Notes under the pieces: model-generated
Told to the model about the DNA's origin: nothing
The model's database searches: none
The model's input: the letters and a program-made list of their open reading frames with translations, nothing else
DNA from: Boseongicola sp.
GTDB lineage: Bacteria; Pseudomonadota; Alphaproteobacteria; Rhodobacterales; Rhodobacteraceae
Assembly: GCA_051009475.1 (NCBI GenBank)
Contig: JBPCWO010000242.1
Span: 1 to 60,903, forward strand
Direction: 5' to 3'
Length of the DNA stretch: 60,903 nucleotides
Shown here: piece after piece, positions 16,067 to 26,226 of the stretch
How the letters are laid out: every line of letters starts with the position of its first letter
Position numbering within the stretch: position 1 is the stretch's first letter
Position numbers and translations under genes: made by a program

Positions 16067-16756
16067 TCAGGCGACCAAACGGTATCCGCCCGACTCTGTT
16101 ACCAATAAACGCGCATTTGACGGATCCGGTTCGATTTTTTGCCGTAGCCGGTAAATATGTGTCTCGAGTGTGTGTGTGGTCACACCAGCATTATAGCCCC
16201 AAACCTCGTGCAAAAGGACGTCGCGGGCAACAACGCCCTCGGAAGCACGGTATAGAAATTTCAGAATATTCGTCTCTTTTTCCGTCAGGCGAATTTTCTT
16301 TTCTTCCTCGGTCAGCAGGATTTTCTGTGCAGGTTGGAATGAATAGGGTCCGAGTTGGAAAACTGCGTCCTCCGACTGTTCATGCTGGCGCAGCTGCGCG
16401 CGAATGCGGGCCAAAAGAACCGGAAATTTAAAGGGCTTGGAAACATAGTCATTTGCGCCTGCATCAAGGCCAAGAATGGTATCCGCGTCGCTGTCGTGGC
16501 CGGTTAGCATGACGACCGGGCATTTAACGCCATGTTTTCTTAGAACGCGGCACAATTCACGACCGTCGGTATCTGGTAGACCAACGTCGAGAATGACGAG
16601 GTCATAAATAGCCTGTTTGGCTTTCTCCATAGCCTCTGAACCATTCCCTGCTTCGAATACATCGAAGTCTTCGGTCATCACCAATTGCTCGCCTAGCGCC
16701 TCACGCAGATCGTCGTCGTCGTCGACAAGCAGAATCTTTTTCAGGTTTTGTGCCAT
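16067..16756 (-). CDS. OmpR-family response regulator (orphan in this window; CenR-like by overall look)
   Basis: Receiver motifs ILLVDDDDD, LVILDVGLPDTDG and SKPF. Winged-helix THTLETHIYRLRQKIE. ATG 16756 follows GGAG. Confidence 0.9.
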   Translation of the reverse strand: MAQNLKKILLVDDDDDLREALGEQLVMTEDFDVFEAGNGSEAMEKAKQAIYDLVILDVGLPDTDGRELCRVLRKHGVKCPVVMLTGHDSDADTILGLDAGANDYVSKPFKFPVLLARIRAQLRQHEQSEDAVFQLGPYSFQPAQKILLTEEEKKIRLTEKETNILKFLYRASEGVVARDVLLHEVWGYNAGVTTHTLETHIYRLRQKIEPDPSNARLLVTESGGYRLVA

Positions 16757-16909
16757 TACGTACTCCATGCGCCGATAGTGCAGAGATGCGCAGCTTGCGG
16801 CTCAACGGCAAGAATTGCTGCATTTTTTCACGGCCATGTGTCGTGAAACGGTGAAATGTTTCAATATCTGTCAAAGCTGGCTACATGAGCAGGTGACTTG
16901 AGAGGCCTG

Positions 16910-17983
16910 ATGACACTTCTGCCGACGCTAGACGACCGGATTTCCCGAGCACGAACCGATCTTCGGCTCGGGTTGCCGGTTATGTTGCAGGACGGCGGGC
17001 AAACGGCACTGATTTTCGCGGCGGAGGGCCTGACCGACGCACGCCTGGAATCTGCAAGGCAGCTAGGCACGCCCGAACTGGCAATCACCGCATGGCGCGC
17101 TGAGACGCTTTGCGCACGGGTGTACGATGACGATCTGGCACGTGTGGCGTTGCCGGCGGACGCAAATGCGGGCTGGGTTGCGTCAGTCGCCGACCCAAAG
17201 GACGATCTTACTACGCCCATGAAGGGCCCATTCAATACAATATGCACCGGGTCTGCGGAATTTCACCGTTTGGCACTTCGCCTGGTCAAATCAGCCTGGC
17301 TATTGCCGTCAGCACTGGTTGTTGAAGTGTCGGAGTTACCTCCGGAGTTGACAGTATTGGATGCCGACAGGACTTCTCAGGCGCTTGCGGCACCTGCTGC
17401 CCAACGCAATATCGTGTCAGGCCACGTTCCATTATCTGTATCAGAAGCCGGCCGTGTGCATGTATTTCGTGCCTCAGGCGGCGGCGAGGAACACGTTGTC
17501 TGCGAAATTGGACGGCCTCTGCGCGAAGAGCCAGTTCTTGCGAGGCTGCATTCGGCGTGTTTTACCGGTGATGTTTTGGGCTCGTTGAAGTGCGACTGTG
17601 GCTCTCAACTTCAGGCCGCGCTTCGCCAGATGGGCGAAGCTGGCGCAGGTGTGCTGCTTTATCTGAACCAAGAAGGCCGCGGGATCGGTTTGGCAAACAA
17701 GATGCGAGCATACGCGCTCCAAGACCAAGGGTTTGATACCGTTGAGGCAAATCACCGGCTTGGGTTTGAAGACGACGAGCGCGACTTTCGAACAGGTGCT
17801 GATATGCTTAAACGCCTGGGGTTCAAGTCGGTCCGTCTGCTTACGAACAACCCGGCCAAAGTCGCGATGATGGAAGCGCAAGGCATAGAAGTGGCCGAGC
17901 GCGTGCCATTGAAAGTTGGACTTAACCCGTTGAATGCGCAGTATCTTGATGCGAAGGCGAAGAAGTCAGGGCATATATTATGA
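16910..17983 (+). CDS. ribA: GTP cyclohydrolase II with an extra N-terminal domain of about 165 aa
   Basis: C-terminal half has [32 protein letters not shown] and [16 protein letters not shown] 16910 follows GAGAGG; the track start is TTG 16898. Confidence 0.85.
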   Translation: MTLLPTLDDRISRARTDLRLGLPVMLQDGGQTALIFAAEGLTDARLESARQLGTPELAITAWRAETLCARVYDDDLARVALPADANAGWVASVADPKDDLTTPMKGPFNTICTGSAEFHRLALRLVKSAWLLPSALVVEVSELPPELTVLDADRTSQALAAPAAQRNIVSGHVPLSVSEAGRVHVFRASGGGEEHVVCEIGRPLREEPVLARLHSACFTGDVLGSLKCDCGSQLQAALRQMGEAGAGVLLYLNQEGRGIGLANKMRAYALQDQGFDTVEANHRLGFEDDERDFRTGADMLKRLGFKSVRLLTNNPAKVAMMEAQGIEVAERVPLKVGLNPLNAQYLDAKAKKSGHIL

Positions 17984-18059
17984 GTGCACTCACACGACAT
18001 CGCCGGGCAACTAACATTGGGCAGTTCTGCCTAATACTTGGAAGACTACCAGGTCGTTA

Positions 18060-18566
18060 ATGAAGGCTATCCGCCCATTCGATATGGTTGTAAGTCGTGC
18101 CGGTCTTCGATTTCGCGGGCGAAGGTTTCCGTGCGTTCTTGGTCGGGGCGGCGTGACTCTAAAAAAAACTGAAGGCGACGGAGCGACGCCTACCGGCACG
18201 CATAAAATCGTTGGCATGTTATATCGTCCGGACAGGATGCCGCCGCCGGCAGAATGGGCGAAGCCTATCCTGCCCCGTGATCGTTGGTGCGATGAGCCGA
18301 ACCACAGTGACTATAACCTGATGGTGCGCGCACCAACTGACGCTTCGAATGAGACGCTTAGGCGCGCCGACCCGCTTTATGATCTGATATTCATACTGGA
18401 TTGGAACTGGCCAGTTGCCGAACCCGGGCGCGGTTCCGCGATTTTTGTTCATCGATGGCGGCGGTCGGGTTTTCCAACTGCGGGATGTGTCGGTCTGCGT
18501 CCGGAACACTTGTTCTGGATTGCGGCGCGGGTTGGCCGGGGCACGCGCCTTGTTGTCAGACCTTAG
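18060..18566 (+). CDS. YkuD-like L,D-transpeptidase-fold protein, no signal peptide
   Basis: GSAIFVHRWRRSGFPTAGCVGL carries a His...Gly-Cys catalytic-type motif. The N-terminus is not hydrophobic. Confidence 0.7.
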   Translation: MKAIRPFDMVVSRAGLRFRGRRFPCVLGRGGVTLKKTEGDGATPTGTHKIVGMLYRPDRMPPPAEWAKPILPRDRWCDEPNHSDYNLMVRAPTDASNETLRRADPLYDLIFILDWNWPVAEPGRGSAIFVHRWRRSGFPTAGCVGLRPEHLFWIAARVGRGTRLVVRP

Positions 18567-19216
18567 TGGTAGTCGCGCGCGCCGAATATCGCTGATCCAA
18601 CGCGTATGTGTGTCGCGCCCAGTGCGATTGCTTCCTCAAAATCGCTACTCATTCCCATTGATAAACCGGCTAGCTCGTTTCGAGCGGCGATCTTGGCAAG
18701 AAGCGCAAAATGAAGTGATGGCGTCTCGTCAAAAGGTGGTATGCACATCAGCCCTTTAAGGGGCAGATTCAGCGCCCGGCACTCGGCGACCAAAGCATCG
18801 GCTTCATCCACCGGGACGCCAGCCTTTTGGTCTTCATCGCCGGTGTTGACCTGGACGAACACATCTGGGCATGCACCTGTTTCTTCCGCGATACGTGCAA
18901 TGGTCCGTGCGAGTTTTGGCCGGTCAACCGAATGGATTGAATCGAAAAGTCCCATGGCCGTGCGAACTTTGTTTGTCTGCAAGGGACCGATGAGGTGCAG
19001 CTTCACATCGGGAAATTGTTCTTTGTAGGAAATCCATTTGCTTTCGGCTTCCTGCACGCGGTTCTCGCCGTAAATACGGTGCCCCGAGGCCAGCACCGCA
19101 TCGATCCTTTCAAGTGGTTGCACTTTGCTGACAGCAATCAACTCTACAGAACCGTTCTCTCGTCCTGCTTCCAATTCGGCCTTTTCAATTCGAGCCTGAA
19201 TATCAGTCAGTGACAT
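18563..19216 (-). CDS. yggS: YggS family pyridoxal-phosphate homeostasis protein
   Basis: Motifs LIAVSKVQP (PLP Lys), HLIGPLQTNK, SMGMSSDFEEAI and IRVGSAIFG. Confidence 0.9.
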   Translation of the reverse strand: MSLTDIQARIEKAELEAGRENGSVELIAVSKVQPLERIDAVLASGHRIYGENRVQEAESKWISYKEQFPDVKLHLIGPLQTNKVRTAMGLFDSIHSVDRPKLARTIARIAEETGACPDVFVQVNTGDEDQKAGVPVDEADALVAECRALNLPLKGLMCIPPFDETPSLHFALLAKIAARNELAGLSMGMSSDFEEAIALGATHIRVGSAIFGARDYH

Positions 19217-21371
19217 GCCCGGCTTCCCGAAGAATCTCGATCATCGGTTCGAGGTCTTTTTCGTAACGTTTCCAGCCCTTTAGCGACCCTTTGGAGATCG
19301 GCTGGCGGACTTGATAGAGGCTGAGGGTCTGCACTTTGTTTTTGTTTTCGTGGAAATTGAGGCAAGCATCTTCCCAATCCAGTCCGCATGCATCAATGAG
19401 CTTGCGAGATTCTTCCTCTGGGTTCGAGACTAGTTCGTCGTAGTTCACTTCATAGAACCAGCCGGGCACGCGTTCGCGCCAAAAATCAACCATTTCAACG
19501 AAGGTTCCGTAGTAGTGGGCGAGATCCTTCATGTCGTAGGCGTAAGGATGTGTACCTTCCGGAAATTTATTCCTATACATCGACAGCAGATTGTCGCGGG
19601 GATCGCGACGCACGACAATGAAGCGGGAATTGGGCATTGCGAGCTTCAATAGACCGATGTGCGTGTAGGATGTGATGGTTTTGTCGGTGATCCGGCCTAC
19701 GCCCGGGAACTGCTCTGAAATAAAGTCAGTATAGTCGGCACCGAGCTGGGCAATCTCGTCCGGTTTCAACTCACGTACCGGATGGATGCCTTTCAGATCA
19801 GCGATCAGTTTTGAGCAAAGTCGAGAGCCAATTCCAAGCTCGCCAGCACTGGTCATGGTCGAATGGCTGGCGATGATTTGCTCCACTAGTGTCGTGCCAG
19901 ACCGCGGCATTCCGGTCACAAAGATCGGCGCAGTATTGCATCCGTTTTCGGCAAGGGCGCTCACGTAGTCATGGTCTTTATAGGCTCTTTTGAGCCATTT
20001 GATTTCGTTGTAACGCTTCCTGATATGATAAGGCGTTGACTTGCGGGAAAGCGCATTGGCCTCGTTCAAGTATCTGAAAACCTTTTTGAAATCCTTGGAG
20101 TCTTCCAAAGATTTCGCGATAGCGAAACCCAAATTCATCTTGTCAAAATCTGTGAGATTCGCCGTCCGATAGAGCTTTTGCATCCGTTCGATAATTGGGT
20201 CGCCAGGCTTGGCCTTATACGACGAAAGGAAAAGGCGATAATTCTCTCCGTTGGTTGGGTCGAGTTCCGATGCCTTTGCTAAATACTCGCGCGCTTCGTC
20301 AAATTTTCCCTGTGACTGGAGAATGCTGGCCTTGGCGGAAATTGCTTGCGAATAGTTTGGGTCGTCCCTGATCACTTGGTCCAAGTTCTCTAAAGCTTTT
20401 TCATCCTGCTGAAACTTCGATTGCATTTGTGCCAACGAAACACGGTGGTCCCGTGATATTTCGTCCTTCGAGAGAATCCGTGCCGTCTCATAGGCCTCTA
20501 GCGCTTCTTGGTGACGGTTGGTGCGCAAATAGGCATTTCCAAGCTCGATCAGCGCTTGGATGTCTTCTGGATCATTCGCATGTGCCCGCTCTAATAGGAC
20601 AACGGCCGAGCGATGTTCTTTGGTTTGATTGTGGGCCGAACCAAGACTAACCAGAGCTGAGATCATGTCTGGCGACAACGTTACTGCCTTTTTAAGCTTG
20701 TCCGCAGCCTCCAGGGGCAATTCTCTGCTCAGTAGAAATCGCCCGTAATTGTCGTAAGCCTCAGAGTAAGCCGGATCGAGTTTGATCGCATTCTCATAGT
20801 TCGTTTGGGCGAGATCGTATTTCTTCTGATTGGCTTGCGCAGTTGCCAGGATGTTTGCGGCCACCGCGGACTTGGGATGCGCCGCCAATAGTTTTTTTGC
20901 CTCGTTTTCAGCGCGTTTGAAATTTTGAGCCTTCATTAGCGCGACAAGAGCTTTGACTGCGTTACGCGGCGCGCCGCCACTTTGTGGGCGTGACGCATTT
21001 CGCATCGATCCAAATCGATCTTGAAGCTTGACGCGTAGTCCAGTGTCGACTGTCGATGACCTCAGTTGTTTGAGGAAAAAATCTCTTGCAGTGTCATCGC
21101 CTCCGAGCGCAACCGCCTCGGCCCATGCGCTCCAAATGAGTTTTGCCGTTGGTTTGACTCTGGACGCTTGGGCGAAAGCCTCGATGGCTGCCACGGCGCG
21201 ATTTCCCGCGAGCAAGATACGGCCAATTTGAAAATGAGCCTCAGCGTGGTCTGGCTCTTGTGCCACCACGCCTCGGAACTCTCTTAGCGCGGCCTCGAAT
21301 TCCCGCTTTGAGAGCAGCTCGACACCTTTTTCATAATCCGGCGCGGCAGCTGACATAGATGGGGAGAGCAT
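19203..21371 (-). CDS. TPR-repeat protein with C-terminal sulfotransferase domain
   Basis: About 400 aa of TPR-like repeats, then PAPS-binding motifs GMPRSGTTLVEQI (PRSGTT = 19890-19907) and VVRRDPRDNLLSMY. The stop overlaps the yggS start by 14 nt. Confidence 0.85.
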   Translation of the reverse strand: MLSPSMSAAAPDYEKGVELLSKREFEAALREFRGVVAQEPDHAEAHFQIGRILLAGNRAVAAIEAFAQASRVKPTAKLIWSAWAEAVALGGDDTARDFFLKQLRSSTVDTGLRVKLQDRFGSMRNASRPQSGGAPRNAVKALVALMKAQNFKRAENEAKKLLAAHPKSAVAANILATAQANQKKYDLAQTNYENAIKLDPAYSEAYDNYGRFLLSRELPLEAADKLKKAVTLSPDMISALVSLGSAHNQTKEHRSAVVLLERAHANDPEDIQALIELGNAYLRTNRHQEALEAYETARILSKDEISRDHRVSLAQMQSKFQQDEKALENLDQVIRDDPNYSQAISAKASILQSQGKFDEAREYLAKASELDPTNGENYRLFLSSYKAKPGDPIIERMQKLYRTANLTDFDKMNLGFAIAKSLEDSKDFKKVFRYLNEANALSRKSTPYHIRKRYNEIKWLKRAYKDHDYVSALAENGCNTAPIFVTGMPRSGTTLVEQIIASHSTMTSAGELGIGSRLCSKLIADLKGIHPVRELKPDEIAQLGADYTDFISEQFPGVGRITDKTITSYTHIGLLKLAMPNSRFIVVRRDPRDNLLSMYRNKFPEGTHPYAYDMKDLAHYYGTFVEMVDFWRERVPGWFYEVNYDELVSNPEEESRKLIDACGLDWEDACLNFHENKNKVQTLSLYQVRQPISKGSLKGWKRYEKDLEPMIEILREAGHVTD

Positions 21372-21440
21372 GCAAATCTTTCATTTGTTTCCAGGCGCGA
21401 AGATATTTGCAGCGCCAACGATTGTCGAGTTGTGCCAAAT

Positions 21441-21469
21441 GAAAAGGGCGGGTCAAATGACCCGCCCTT
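21441..21469 (-). terminator. Rho-independent terminator of the porin gene
   Basis: Minus strand: AAGGGCGGGTC / attt / GACCCGCCCTT followed by TTTC. Located 26 nt after the porin stop. Confidence 0.75.
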
Positions 21470-21494
21470 AAGAGATTTGGTTCCAATCGTCAGA

Positions 21495-22400
21495 TTAGAA
21501 CGACAAGGCTAGACCAGCCGACCAAGTCGAGGTGCCGCCGCTAGAGTCGCCGTAACCAAATTGGGCAACTGCGCCACCGCCGAGATCGTAGTTGACTGCA
21601 ATACCGAAGCCGTCGCTGCCGCTACCGAACTCACCGTAGTTACCGGAAACAAGCAATGCGCCTGTTTCGTAGCCAACGCCGATTGCAGTGTAGTCGCCGG
21701 CTGTACTGTGATCGGTGTAGTTAAAGATACCGATAAAGCCGCCATATCCAGCTCTGATGCTCATACCAACGATATCAGCACCATCGTTTTCCTGGTAACC
21801 AACACCAATGGCCAGGTCGTTGCCGCCAATATCGCCGGACCAACGAGCACCAATTGCAATGGTATCACCTGAGGTGGTGCCAGCATCGTCAAGCTCGGCG
21901 GAAACAGCAAAAGCAAAATCGCCGAACGAGTAATCGTAACGTGCGATCTGGCCGTCGTTGGTGCCGTCAAGACCACCATTGCCGCTGAAACCTGAGTGGC
22001 TGGTGTGATCGTCAGCAATCGCCGAACCGATACCAACTTCCGACAATGCCCAGTCGAACGCACCGTCGGTGTCGCCCATGGTGATTGTGCCGAAGCTGCC
22101 GGACACGAAGACCGAATGCTCTTCAACACAACCTGTGTTGGATGGAGCATTACCAATTCCGGCACAGCCGGTGTCGTCGCCGACTTCATCAAGATCGATC
22201 GTGGCGCCAAAAGTCAGGCCATTATCAGTTTCACCTGACAGGCTGAATTTAACGTCAAGGTCATGGTGAAACTCAACGTCGTTTGCTCCACCGGCATCGA
22301 TGATACCTATTTCAGCAAAACCACTGAGCTCAACGCCCTGGGCAGCTGCAAAGCTCGACGTCGCTACCAGCGCTGTCGAAGCAAGAAGAACCTTTTTCAT
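21495..22400 (-). CDS. Outer-membrane general porin (Rhodobacter-type)
   Basis: Signal peptide MKKVLLASTALVATSSFAAA. Gly/Asp-rich alternating beta-strand pattern, YDLGGGA motif and C-terminal ...GLALSF. Confidence 0.85.
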   Translation of the reverse strand: MKKVLLASTALVATSSFAAAQGVELSGFAEIGIIDAGGANDVEFHHDLDVKFSLSGETDNGLTFGATIDLDEVGDDTGCAGIGNAPSNTGCVEEHSVFVSGSFGTITMGDTDGAFDWALSEVGIGSAIADDHTSHSGFSGNGGLDGTNDGQIARYDYSFGDFAFAVSAELDDAGTTSGDTIAIGARWSGDIGGNDLAIGVGYQENDGADIVGMSIRAGYGGFIGIFNYTDHSTAGDYTAIGVGYETGALLVSGNYGEFGSGSDGFGIAVNYDLGGGAVAQFGYGDSSGGTSTWSAGLALSF

Positions 22401-22645
22401 CGTATTTTCCCTCGTGTGTAAAAGGTGCGTCTCAATCCGGTCGCACCGAACTGATTGGCAATGTGTTTCTCAATGTCATGGTTCGATTGCAAGCCGGGCG
22501 CCCCGATGTCGTTGAGACTCTCAAGGCGATGGTGCAGCTTTGCCACAGTGATTCCTTGCTGCCACAAAGCACTATTCCCGGAATCCGCTTGAGACAGCCG
22601 TAATGCTCGGCTAGTGATGCAAAAAAGCCAAGAGAGGACAGGCAG

Positions 22646-23128
22646 ATGGGGGCTTTGACGCGAAATCTCGCTGGAAAGGCGACGATCGCGCTCGCGCTGG
22701 TCCTGATGCTTGATGGATGTGGTCGGATTGGCGACTCATTTTCTGGCAGCGAATCGCAGGCGCAAGCTTCGGGCGAAGCGGAGCGTTCGACTATCTGGGA
22801 TCTGTTTAACAACGAGGATGACCCAAATACGACGATCGCCGTCAACAAATATCTCTGGAACGCGTCATTGGACATCTTGAACTTTTTGCCAATCCAGTCC
22901 GCAGACCCGTTTTCCGGTGTGATCGTCACAGGGTTTGGATCGCCTCCGGGCGGCGGGCGGGCCTATCGCGCCACAATTTTCGTACGCGACCCGGCACTTG
23001 AGGCACGATCACTGAATGTGGCGCTTGCTACGCGAGGCGGCCCGGCGCCAACAGAGACTGTTCGTGCAGTTGAAGACGCCATACTGACACGGGCAAGGCA
23101 GCTGCGGATCCGCGACCTCAATCTATAG
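22646..23128 (+). CDS. Lipoprotein, DUF3576-like
   Basis: Lipobox LMLDGCG. Its position directly upstream of leuS-lptE-holA is typical of DUF3576 in Alphaproteobacteria (family call from memory). Confidence 0.65.
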   Translation: MGALTRNLAGKATIALALVLMLDGCGRIGDSFSGSESQAQASGEAERSTIWDLFNNEDDPNTTIAVNKYLWNASLDILNFLPIQSADPFSGVIVTGFGSPPGGGRAYRATIFVRDPALEARSLNVALATRGGPAPTETVRAVEDAILTRARQLRIRDLNL

Positions 23129-23158
23129 ATCTTCACACCCAGCCCGATTAAGACGCAG

Positions 23159-23181
23159 GCCGGGCCCACGCCCGGCTTTTT
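23159..23181 (+). terminator. Rho-independent terminator 20 nt upstream of leuS
   Basis: GCCGGGC (23159-23165) / CCAC / GCCCGGC (23170-23176) followed by TTTTT (23177-23181). Confidence 0.75.
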
Positions 23182-23201
23182 GCATATAAACAGGTGACCG
23201 T

Positions 23202-25751
23202 ATGTCCGGATACGACACAAAGACGATAGAACCGAAATGGCAAAAAGCCTGGGACAAGGCTGGCACATTTCGTGCGGCGCGAGAAGGCGACAAGCCTAAA
23301 TACTATGTGCTTGAGATGTTTCCCTACCCGTCGGGCCGCATCCATATCGGCCACGTGCGTAACTACACTATGGGCGACGTGATCGCGCGCTACAAACTGG
23401 CGACTGGGCATAACGTATTGCATCCAATGGGTTTTGATGCCTTTGGAATGCCTGCAGAAAATGCGGCAATGGCCTCGAACGGGCATCCCAAGACCTGGAC
23501 CTACGAAAACATCGACACGATGGTCGAGCAGATGAAGCCATTGGGCTTTGGGTTGGACTGGAGCCGAATGTTCGCCACATGCGACCCCGAGTATTATGGC
23601 CAGCAGCAGTCGATGTTCATCGATTTCATGGAAAATGGACTGGTCTATCGAAAGAACGCCATTGTGAACTGGGATCCGGTCGACATGACGGTTCTGGCGA
23701 ACGAGCAGGTGATCGACGGCAAGGGCTGGCGGTCAGGGGCCGAAGTCGAGCGACGCGAATTGACGCAGTGGTTCTTCAAGATCAGCGACTATTCCGAAGA
23801 ATTGTTGGAAGCGATCGACGGGCTGGATCAATGGCCCTCCAAAGTGAAGCTTATGCAGTCGAACTGGATTGGCAAATCGCGCGGGCTCCAGTTTGCCTGG
23901 GACGTGGTTCAGGACGGATTTGATCAAATCGAGGTATACACGACCCGCCCAGATACTCTTCTGGGAGCCTCGTTCATTGGTATTTCGCCCGATCATCCGT
24001 TGGCGAAACGACTGGCGGAAGGCGACCCGAGCGTTGAAAAATTCTGCGCTGAGGCGTCAAAGGGCGGCACGACAGAAGAGGCGTTGGAAAAAGCCGAAAA
24101 GTTGGGATTCGACACTGGGCTGACTTGTCGCCACCCGCTGGACTCGGAATGGGAAGTGCCGATCTGGATCGCCAATTTCATCATGATGGACTATGGCACC
24201 GGCGCGATCTTCGGCTGCCCAGCGCACGACCAACGCGACCTGGATTTCTGCCGGAAATACGATTTGCCGGTGATTGATACTTTCTTCGCCCTGGACAACG
24301 AAGCGCCCGTTGATCGCGAAGCGTATGTGCCGCCGAAGACGGAAAAAGTGCAGTGGGTCAATCACTTCACCGGGATCGATGTTGCCACTGGTCAAGAAGG
24401 CATCGACGCCACTATCGATTTTGCTGAAGCCGAAGGATGGGGCACCGGTGTCACGAATTACCGTCTGCGTGACTGGGGGCTTTCTCGTCAGCGCTATTGG
24501 GGTTGCCCGATACCGGTGGTGCATTGCGACGATTGCGGGGTCGTGCCCGAGAAAAAAGAAAACCTACCGGTTGAGCTGCCCGATGACGTCAGTTTCGAAG
24601 TACCAGGAAATCCCTTGGATCGGCATCCCACATGGCGCGACGTCCCCTGCCCGTCCTGCGGCAAGCCTGCGAAACGCGAAACCGACACGATGGATACCTT
24701 CGTCGACTCGTCCTGGTATTTCGCCCGGTTCACAGCGCCCCACGCCGAAACGCCGACCGTTCTGGACGACGCCGCGTACTGGATGAACGTCGACCAGTAT
24801 ATCGGCGGTGTCGAGCATGCGATTTTGCACCTCTTGTATTCGCGGTTCTTTGCCCGGGCGATGCATATCTGCGGGCACCTGCCGCAGAAAAGCATTGAAC
24901 CGTTTGATGCACTTTTCACGCAAGGAATGGTGACTCACGCGATTTACGTCACACGCGACGACAACAACCGGCCAATCTATCACTTCCCGGAAGATGTTGA
25001 GATCACTGAATCCGGTGCGCGACTTGGAGTAACGGGCGAGGCTGTCGAAATCATCCCCTCGGCCAAGATGTCGAAGTCGAAGAACAACGTTGTGGACCCG
25101 GTGGCGATCATCGACCAATACGGCGCGGACACTGCGCGCTGGTTCGTGCTGAGCGATTCTCCGCCAGAACGCGATGTTGAGTGGACGGCTTCAGGGGCGG
25201 AAGCCGCGGCGAAGCATCTGGCGCGTGTGCACCGTATCTCGGACGAAATTGCCGCCGCCGGCGAAAGTGGTTCAGGTGATGAAGAACTGAAGCGTGCGAT
25301 GCACAAGGCAACCCACGATGTCACGATGGGTGTTGAAACCTTTGGCTTCAATGCTGCCATCGCCAAACTCTATGCATTTACAAATATTTTGGCAAAATCA
25401 AAGGCTTCCAGATCAACACGCCGCGAGGCAGTGATGGTATTGGCGCAACTCATGTCTCCGATGACGCCGCATCTTTCGGAAGAAATTTGGGAGATGCAGG
25501 GCGGTGAGGGCTTGATCGCGAACGCATCCTGGCCGGTGGCGGACGAGGCTTATCTTATCGACGACAATGTGACATTACCGATCCAGGTGAATGGCAAACG
25601 CCGATCAGAAATCACGGTGCCAAAAGACATGCCAAAGGACGAGGTTGAAAAGCTCGCACTGGCCGACGATGCTGTTGCGCGTGCGCTGGCCGGAGGTCAG
25701 CCCAAAAAGCTGATCGTCGTGCCGGGTCGCATTATCAATGTCGTCATTTAA
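23202..25751 (+). CDS. leuS: Leucine--tRNA ligase
   Basis: HIGHVRNY (HIGH) and KMSKSKNN (KMSKS) motifs, 849 aa, with a typical LeuRS N-terminus ([11 protein letters not shown]). Confidence 0.97.
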   Translation: MSGYDTKTIEPKWQKAWDKAGTFRAAREGDKPKYYVLEMFPYPSGRIHIGHVRNYTMGDVIARYKLATGHNVLHPMGFDAFGMPAENAAMASNGHPKTWTYENIDTMVEQMKPLGFGLDWSRMFATCDPEYYGQQQSMFIDFMENGLVYRKNAIVNWDPVDMTVLANEQVIDGKGWRSGAEVERRELTQWFFKISDYSEELLEAIDGLDQWPSKVKLMQSNWIGKSRGLQFAWDVVQDGFDQIEVYTTRPDTLLGASFIGISPDHPLAKRLAEGDPSVEKFCAEASKGGTTEEALEKAEKLGFDTGLTCRHPLDSEWEVPIWIANFIMMDYGTGAIFGCPAHDQRDLDFCRKYDLPVIDTFFALDNEAPVDREAYVPPKTEKVQWVNHFTGIDVATGQEGIDATIDFAEAEGWGTGVTNYRLRDWGLSRQRYWGCPIPVVHCDDCGVVPEKKENLPVELPDDVSFEVPGNPLDRHPTWRDVPCPSCGKPAKRETDTMDTFVDSSWYFARFTAPHAETPTVLDDAAYWMNVDQYIGGVEHAILHLLYSRFFARAMHICGHLPQKSIEPFDALFTQGMVTHAIYVTRDDNNRPIYHFPEDVEITESGARLGVTGEAVEIIPSAKMSKSKNNVVDPVAIIDQYGADTARWFVLSDSPPERDVEWTASGAEAAAKHLARVHRISDEIAAAGESGSGDEELKRAMHKATHDVTMGVETFGFNAAIAKLYAFTNILAKSKASRSTRREAVMVLAQLMSPMTPHLSEEIWEMQGGEGLIANASWPVADEAYLIDDNVTLPIQVNGKRRSEITVPKDMPKDEVEKLALADDAVARALAGGQPKKLIVVPGRIINVVI

Positions 25752-26226
25752 AGCGTATCCAAATCGTCGCTTGATTCTGGCAAGCCTTGCTGCGCTGGCG
25801 GGCTGCGGGTTCGAGCCTGTTTACGCGCCGGGAAACCGCGCGCACGGGCTTCGTGGTCGCATAGAGATAGCAGTGCCTGCGGACGAAGAGGGATTCGCAC
25901 TGGTTCGCCGATTAGAGGACCGGCTCGGATCGACGGCAGGCGGCGATCTAGTGCTAAACGCCGAAATCCGGGTTGACGAAGAGGCCGTGGGATTGCTGCC
26001 TGACGGTTCAATCAGCCGCTACAGCGTCTTGGGACAAGTCAATTGGTCGCTAAGCGACAGCTCTGGCCCGCAGATGTCGGGGGACGAGCGAAGCTTTACG
26101 AGTTACTCCGCAACATCGACGACAGTCGCAACGATCGTTGCGCAACGGGACGCGCGCAGACGATTAATGATCATTCTGGCCGATCGAATTGTAGCTGACA
26201 TTCTGGCTGAGGCCGACGCGTTATGA
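25738..26226 (+). CDS. lptE: LPS-assembly lipoprotein LptE
   Basis: Lipobox LAGCG. Small protein between leuS and holA (conserved synteny). Overlaps the leuS end by 14 nt. Confidence 0.7.
   Translation: MSSFKAYPNRRLILASLAALAGCGFEPVYAPGNRAHGLRGRIEIAVPADEEGFALVRRLEDRLGSTAGGDLVLNAEIRVDEEAVGLLPDGSISRYSVLGQVNWSLSDSSGPQMSGDERSFTSYSATSTTVATIVAQRDARRRLMIILADRIVADILAEADAL

Noticed and set aside
15878-16108. 76-aa plus-strand ORF divergent from the LysR gene. It includes an internal AGGGAGG-tacc-ATG (16030) that would give a 25-aa peptide.
   Set aside because: The ORF contains the terminator hairpin of the convergent response-regulator gene, is Lys/Arg-rich, and its 3' end is antisense to that gene. 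The strong SD-like element is probably coincidental. It was kept in mind only because a LysR gene usually has a divergent partner.
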